NCBI GenBank assembly: GCA_040954595.2
Contig: CM082585.2
Location: 10,280,564 to 10,344,563 of the forward strand
Source: Balanoglossus misakiensis
Taxonomy: Eukaryota; Animalia; Hemichordata
Length of the DNA stretch: 64,000 bases
Direction of reading: 5' to 3'
The notes beneath the pieces were generated by a model that searched no databases, was not told where the DNA came from, and was given only the letters and a program-made list of their open reading frames with translations. Made by a program: the position numbers and the translations under genes. Shown here piece after piece: positions 39,201-64,000 of this stretch. Position 1 is the first letter of the stretch, and each line of letters opens with the position of its first letter.

Positions 39201-40821
39201 TATGGTCTAGGGAACGGGTTTTCTGCATTGTAGCCAAATTTCTGGAGAGGATTTTAAAAATTACAATATAATACAATTAGTAATTTCATGGCTGTGAATG
39301 TATGACATGGCTCAAACAGAGTCTTTTATACTGTCCGTCATCAACAGTACGAAATGAAAGCATCATACCTCGAGATCTACAACGAAAGTATCCGCGACCT
39401 GCTGGGACCAGCCGACAGTAAAGCGAAACACGACATCAAACTGACAGGACCCAAAGGAACAGCAGTCGAAGTGACCGACACAACAGTCATTAAAGTCACA
39501 TCAGAACAACAGGTGAGAATTACTGTCATCTTTTTGTGATCCTTCACTCTTCTTATCCCTGTCTTAACCCTTTCACCACCATGGTTCAGTCCTAGCCCAT
39601 TGTGTTCTATGGTACAGTTGGACCTCTAAAGAGGGAACTGGGGGTGAAAGGGTCAAAGCCTCTGTTTCTCTGTACCCCAACATCTGCAATTTTATGTACA
39701 ATTATTTTCAACCTCCTCTCTGCATCAACAGATTGACAACCTTCTACAGAGGGCCAGTCAGCACAGAGCAGTTGCGGCCACAAAATGTAATGAGCGGTCA
39801 TCGCGAAGTCACTCTGTCTTCATACTGAATTTGCATGGCAAAAATGAGTTAACTGGAGAGAAGAGTGAAGGCAAGTAAAATCAAAGTCAAAAGGATTAAA
39901 TTTTTCATATCAGAAGTTTTAATATAGTTTTATCATAGTTTCACTTTGGTGGCTATATGAAATAAAGTGCGCCACCAAGTGGTCATTAGAAGAGTCAGAC
40001 AGACATGTGGCTGTATAATATTTCAAAACCAACAATGTGATCTCTTTATTTTAATTACTTTCATCTTAAATAATTTTTGCAGGTGTATTGAATCTGGTTG
40101 ATTTGGCCGGGAGTGAGAGATTATCGCAGAGTGGATCTACAGGAAGTCGACTCAAGGAGACTCAAAATATCAACCGTAGTCTTTCGGAGCTGAGCAACGT
40201 TATAATGGCGATTGCGAACAAAGATTCTTACATCCCGTATCGAAATAGCAAGCTAACCTACCTTCTGCAGAATTCTCTCGGAGGAAACTCGAAAACGTAG
40301 GAAATACTTGGTGTACTCCACACTAGAAATAAGTTCTCTTTGGATCAAATATGTGCATTTTATGTACTAGTATATGGATGTATTAATAATATACACTGAC
40401 ATTGTAGATTCACAGACTGTTGTTATCACTATTTATCATCATGGCCTTGTTCTTCGTTTGCAATGACTTTTTTTCTTCTGTTCATTGCAGTTTGATGTTT
40501 GTAAATATTTCTCCCAAAGAAGAAAACTTTTCAGAGACAGTGACGTCACTGAGGTTTGCTACCAAGGTAACGAATGATCCATTCTTGTGAATCTTGATGT
40601 CTTGAAAGTACTGACAGACTTTCGTTTTTCTGAAGAAGAAAAAATTGTCCAAAGTTACCTAGAGCAATAAGCTCTCCTTCTTACATTGTGTGCATCAAAT
40701 GATCACAAACTGACTGGATGAATACACAGCTTATCTCAGAACAGTGTTGACATGTCTGTGTTTTTTTCCTTTTCTCTTGCAGGTCAATGAGTGCAACATT
40801 GGTACTGCCCAGAAGAGATAA
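36276..40821 (+). CDS. KIFC1: Kinesin-14, KIFC1/XCTK2-like C-terminal motor
   Basis: Basic N-terminal tail; [11 protein letters not shown]; coiled coil; neck [20 protein letters not shown]; [10 protein letters not shown]; NERSSRSH; LVDLAGSER; [22 protein letters not shown]; ends [12 protein letters not shown] at 40821. Confidence 0.93.
39564..39656. mobile_element. ~90-bp piggyBac-like MITE (orientation R)
   Basis: TTAA-CCCTTTCACCACCATGG...GGGGTGAAAGGG-TCAA. Confidence 0.8.
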
Positions 40822-40915
40822 ATTGATGGAGGAGGCTGACAACTGTGTACTTCCACACCATAAATAGAATATTCTTATTAGTGTTAGAGGGAAAATTTTT
40901 GTAAATATAGTGAAG

Positions 40916-41222
40916 AACATTTTGTACTGAAACATGACAGGCTAGATTTATAGGTAGATAGTGAAATTTTTAAATGAAATTCTGCCATCATGTAAAATTT
41001 TTTGTTTGTTATTACAGTATTCATATTGAACCTTGTAATCCGATAGTATTTCACTGGGCATTTGCTGGGGGGAAAAAACATTGCATAGCCCAGCAGATTA
41101 TAATACAAATATGCCTTTCTCTTGCTATGAAACATTACATCTGCAAATCATTTTCAGAGACACTTCACTCTAGTCTTGAGTACACAGAGAAAGATGCTTG
41201 TAAAGGATTTATTTTTTCATAA
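40916..41222. repeat. ~305-bp direct repeat, copy 1 (3' of the kinesin stop)
   Basis: Near-identical to 44435-44738; both give the same MKFCHHVKFF... ORF. Confidence 0.95.
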
Positions 41223-41801
41223 ATCAAAATCTTCTTCTCCATAACTACATGTACGATGGAGCTGAAATTTGGTAGGAATATGAGGTTATTACGAAAATAC
41301 CGCAAAGTATGCACGAGGACACTTGGTGCTTCCTTTTGATGTTGTTCTTTAGGATTCAATTCTTTCTTTCTTTAGCACAATGAATGAAGCTGAATTTGGA
41401 TATATACTTGTGATGTCTATGTTTGGTTTTGTTCAATAGAATACAATTGTTATGAATTAAAACCTAGGGTATTCATATCATTGCCCAGGGTACACTGTCA
41501 AAGTCAGCAGAGCTCTTTTGACCGATAGGTCACTTATGCACGCATGCATATTTGGCGGGAACTAATCACTGAGCTATCCGAGGTGATTATTAAGGATTGC
41601 TTTCCACCGACAAACCCAAACAGTTCATGCTTCGTGGGAGAGTATTTGTTATCACAGTAGTCGCAAAAATAGTTTTTTAAACGCATTTCCTTCAGCTTAG
41701 CTACTATAGCCTACACAAAAATCACGGCATCAGAGACTGTCTTCAAGTGAGCACTTGTGGTGGTCTGTCGCAAACCACTTTGATGACAACAGACTAGGAA
41801 C

Positions 41802-43739
41802 ATGTATCGATTGTTCGTCTACGCATTAGTGTTTCCCGCCCTTCTGTCGTCGGTGAAGACATTTCCGACGTCGACAAACAAGGACACACACAAGCAAGAC
41901 CCTTCAGTTCCAAACTCTTCAGGCGAGCAGCTAACTCCGAGTTACAACAGAAATGCTGCAAAGATGGAGGTGTCCAGTATGGATGACGTGACAGCCGTAT
42001 TCAAATTCATGCACAGATATGTAGAAAACGAGATAAGTCTTGCAAAGATGTCTGAAATGGGAGTTAAGAGGCGGAGTTTACATTTGGCCAAGGCGGCTAA
42101 GCAAATTGTGGCAATTTCTCCAAGTGAGAAAAGTAAGAAAAGTCCATTGTCTGTCAGAACAGAATACCACCTTTCAGAACTGCACAAGGACGAGTTTAAA
42201 TTAGCAAAATGTGTTTATAAGTATAAGCAATTTCACATTATCATTGCAAGCTTGGTCACACTCTTTCGTCCCAAAGCTTATTTGTTGATAAGAAACTTCC
42301 TCAAACGATTACTGACTGCACTGTGACCATTTCACTAGCTATGTCAACATCCACAATACAGTCTGGCATTATTCAAGGGTTATGGCTGCATGGGGGCATA
42401 GAATACACCAAAGTCAAATATGAACCATATCTTCCCGAGACAGACGACAATCAATATCAGCTATGTATTATTTCCATGAGGATAATGTACCAAATTTAAA
42501 TGCAATCCATGTGTATGTAATCGTGTTTTAAATAATCATTTCTTTCCAGTTCTTTCTGATAACGAAGACAAGGTCATGCTGACATTTGAAGTTGGATTGG
42601 AAGATGACTTGTTAGAGGTGATTGGAGTCGATTTGGCTTTGCGTCTTCATAAGAGTGACGGCCAGACGAATGAAATCGACTGTTTTCTGTCTGTCTCCCA
42701 AAAAGATGTATCAATAAAAAATATCACCAAGGTGCGTGCACTTTTGGCTATTTTTATGTCAGGTAGCTGGGGATTCCAAGACGGGAAGCATTTAGTCTGT
42801 AGAAGATATTTTGCCCCTACTGCTTCATAACAATTAAAAACAAATCGGAAATCTTTGCACATACGAGGGCATGTATATTGACTTTTGTTAAATTTAAAGA
42901 TATGCTGTAATGAAGAAAGATTAGTATAGCTTCTGAAATAGCACATTCTGAAATGGCACATACAGTTCTTGGTCTTCTATATGTATCGAAATTGTAACTA
43001 GCCCTATTTTTTATCATTGTAGGCCATATTACCCAGCCAAGGGAGAAGATTTGCTATATTTGATCTAAGTAACGAGGTCACGAACACAATGCAAAGTAAA
43101 ATGAGACGGAGGGTAACCATAGCGATGCAGCTTCGTGGGCAACTTTTTGAACAAGACGACAAAATCTCCTCCGAAACATTGACTGACTTCTTCATTTTAA
43201 ACAATCACAAAGAATCGCCCACTCTTATGGTGTACCTGAAGAAATTGCCAGGTTATCGAGACAGTTTTAGTTCGATGATGATGGCACATTTGGCCCTACA
43301 ACCACCTGTAACAGGTACCGGTGTTGCTATTGAGATGAGGGATAGAAGAGGCGTCGAGACAGCAGATGGAACAACGTTGGATTCTCATGATCCTGCAGTA
43401 ACGGCAAGACCACCGTTGAATCACATGAGCTGTCGTCGCCATAAGTACAGCGTGGACTTTGTCAGCCTATTCCAGGATGGATGGCTGCTCTTCCCGTTGA
43501 CCATTGAAGCCAACATTTGCCGCGGCACGTGTTTCTTTCCTCTGACGGAGCACATGAATGTGACCGAGTTCGCCGTGCTATTGGCCCTGGTACGGTCACG
43601 TGACGGGGGCGATGAACCAACCGCCTGCTGTGTACCAATCCGCCTGCAACCAATGAGTCTCATCTATCGGAATGACAACAACGATATGGTTAGCAAAACT
43701 GTAGACGACATGATAGTCGATACCTGTGGATGCCGATAG
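41802..43739 (+). CDS. Divergent TGF-beta superfamily ligand, BMP/GDF (univin/Vg1-like) type, ~409 aa
   Basis: Exons 41802-42132 (signal peptide; an alternative in-phase donor lies after 42123), 42550-42731, 43023-43739. RDRR furin site; seven-cysteine knot CRR...CRGTC...ACCVP...CGCR. Confidence 0.9.
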
Positions 43740-44434
43740 AAATATAACAGGGAAATCAGGCACATATGAGGACCATTTCCCATTGAAATTAGCTAGTAAA
43801 CTTTGAAAATTAAACATATTTTAATGTAACAGTCATTGATAAATTTATTGTTATTGATAATTATATAAAGTAAGTACTTACGTAAAGTCAATTTCAGTCA
43901 CATTATTCAGTTAGCCATACATGGCAAAATTCGCCATATTATGAGAACCTCGATGTCAATGCCCAGGTTAAACAATTCGAACAAGGTAAACGTTTTGCCA
44001 TCTGCCCCGAGACAAATATGGCACAGGTCGTACCAACTTGGTCGTACCCATTGGTGGTATGTGGCTAATAATTAAATGCAAATAACATGCATGAGTCTGA
44101 TTTCCGAGTTAGAAAGAAGCTAAGGGAATTTAAGAGTTTCTAATGCAAAGTTACAGGCAATCCCCGGAGTACTTTACTGCAGGTTTAATCGTCATAACTT
44201 TGAATTGTTTATTAGTATGTGTCAATAGTTTATCTTAACTTGCATGCTCGTTTGGTCTACAAACTTGAGAATTTCCGGGGGGGGGGGGGGGGGGGGGGGG
44301 GGGGAGTTTTCCCTCTCTTGAATGTTTTTACTAGTATGTCTGTTCCTGCCACAGATTGTCGTCTTAAATTCACAATGGGTGAACTTTCAGTTATTATGAT
44401 AGGGTGGTGGGATTTGGTGTGCATTGGTCCTGTC

Positions 44435-44738
44435 AACATTTTGTACTGAAACATGACGGGCTAGATTAGGTAGATAGTGAAATTTATAAATGAAATTCTG
44501 CCATCATGTAAAATTTTTTGTTTGTTATTACAGTATTCATATTGAACCTTGTAATCCGATAGTATTTCACTGGGCATTTGCTGGGGGGAAAAAACATTGC
44601 ATAGCCCAGCAGATTATAATACAAATATGCCTTTCTCTTGCTATGAAACATTACATCTGCAAATCATTTTCAGAGACACTTCACTCTAGTCTTGAGTACA
44701 CAGAGAAAGATGCTTGTAAAGGATTATTTTTTTCATAA
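44435..44738. repeat. ~305-bp direct repeat, copy 2
   Basis: Near-identical to 40916-41222 with a few substitutions and small indels. Confidence 0.95.
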
Positions 44739-45320
44739 TTCATTCACTGTATCATCAGTTTTTTTTCTGTATTTAAATATTTGTACATGTTACATGTTTG
44801 TTGTTACAGTTGTCAAAACACTTTCTTTCGCCTCTTTGTATTATAGCTTTATGCACTGCCAAGTATGAAATTCTTTAAGATATGATAAGGCTTTTTTGGA
44901 ATAGAATATGAATTCTTATAATTCTTATATCTCTTTTAAATTCTTATTCAACCATGATGTATTATGTGGCAACACCATTTGAAGCTGCCATATTTGGCCT
45001 CACTTTTGAAAGTCGCACAATGTTTATTATTCATATGTACATCACTGCCACTTATAGATATTAAAATATAGTTTGCCTGTATAAAGTATTTGTGTCATCA
45101 TTATTACCGGTATGTCCGTTCTGTGTTTTTGTGGAAACAGTATAGAGATAAACGGTCAATTGTGCTGGGAAAAGGCCTGGGAGATCTAGCCAATCGCAGA
45201 ATATTGGGTGGCCTTCCAAAAAAGTGCACCACAGCATGCTTTTGGAGACATGGAAATGCCCTTTTTTAATTATGTAGACATACATTGTATGTAAATTAGA
45301 GCTTATTGGGGTCCTATGTA

Positions 45321-45415
45321 GCCCTGTGTACAGGTCTGTGTGTTCCCAGCGTTACGTGTAACGTGTAACGCCGGGAACACACAGACCTGGGAACACACAG
45401 ACCTGTACGCAGGGC
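45321..45415. repeat. Short palindromic element with an internal duplication
   Basis: GCCCTGTGTACAGGTCTGTGTGTTCCC ... GGGAACACACAGACCTGTACGCAGGGC; GGGAACACACAGACCT occurs twice; GGGTCCTAT lies on both flanks. Confidence 0.75.
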
Positions 45416-46230
45416 TTAGGGTCCTATATGTATCTGTGAACAGACAATAATTGTTGCTGGTTTCTGTACATTCTCACTGCTCTGGTGGCGTTGCATACAT
45501 GCAATGTATAAGCTCCAGTTTCTTGATCGAATCTGAAAATCATGTAGTCTACAATCTAGCCGTGTGCACACAACTAAATGTACTAGACTATAAAGCCTGA
45601 TGAAATGCCCAATCTTTAGCTTTAAATTGTTATACAGCTCATATGTGGATAACCCGGGTGGACAACCAGCAGTTTTGTTAGATGAAGACACGAGACATCC
45701 AACTTTCACTATGGTCATTACTTATACAGTGTTGGCAAGCAAAATAGTGGCAGTTTATTGCCAGAATGAGCTGATAATCCAATAAACAGTTTTCTTCTTG
45801 TTTCACATGTTCTTAGTTGCATAAGCCCTGCCAAGCAGTGCAGTGTGCTGCACCCAAGTCAGGCTGCAGTTGCATAACGTGTGACCTCGCACGTGACTTT
45901 CGTTACATGTAAAGCTCCCTAGGCTAATAAGAAATATTTCGAACTACTGTTTATATGTAATTTAGAATGCACTTTTTAACCAATGTCATCCCGGCTAGAT
46001 AACTTAATTAAATTACACACATTCAAGGGCTTCTGGAAACGCAAATATATACAATGTAGTTAAACGAGACCGTACACAAAAGTACGGATTGACTGGTGAA
46101 CAGCGCTCGGACCAAATTCGAAAAACTTAGGGAAGCGTATTTGAGTGGTGATTTCCCTGTGAAGCGACGCGCAGCGGACGCTCGATCGGCAGCTAAAACA
46201 TCTATTGATTTCCACGCTACATCCCTCAAA

Positions 46231-64000
<17,770 letters not shown>

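Noticed and set aside
40974-41222. Duplicated 82-aa ORF (also 44490-44738)
   Set aside because: Identity is explained by the DNA duplication of UTR-like sequence; no protein features.

Overview
Intron-rich, AT-rich animal (invertebrate, probably deuterostome-like; species not determinable here) genomic DNA with seven protein-coding genes, all on the + strand. In order: the 3' part of an SH3-DH-PH RhoGEF (collybistin/ASEF/SPATA13 family), PDCD10/CCM3, an ABCC5-like ABC transporter, an AADAC/NCEH1-type lipase, a kinesin-14 (KIFC1-like), a divergent BMP/GDF-type TGF-beta ligand, and an ABCC4/MRP4-like transporter that runs off the window end. The main finding is inside ABCC4: five tandem, highly divergent exons of exactly 250 nt each (50515-57332), each encoding the TM5-TM6 substrate-pocket segment, with intron phases that allow only one per in-frame mRNA. 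The surrounding introns contain many complementary segments, often with G-U pairs: candidate 5' and 3' docking sites with competing selectors, and a stem enclosing each variable exon. Other observations are a TGF-beta gene bracketed by a ~305-bp direct duplication of sequence 3' of the kinesin, a candidate 3-nt microexon in PDCD10, and several MITE families. All exon boundaries and base-pairings were read by eye; no alignment, folding or database search was run.
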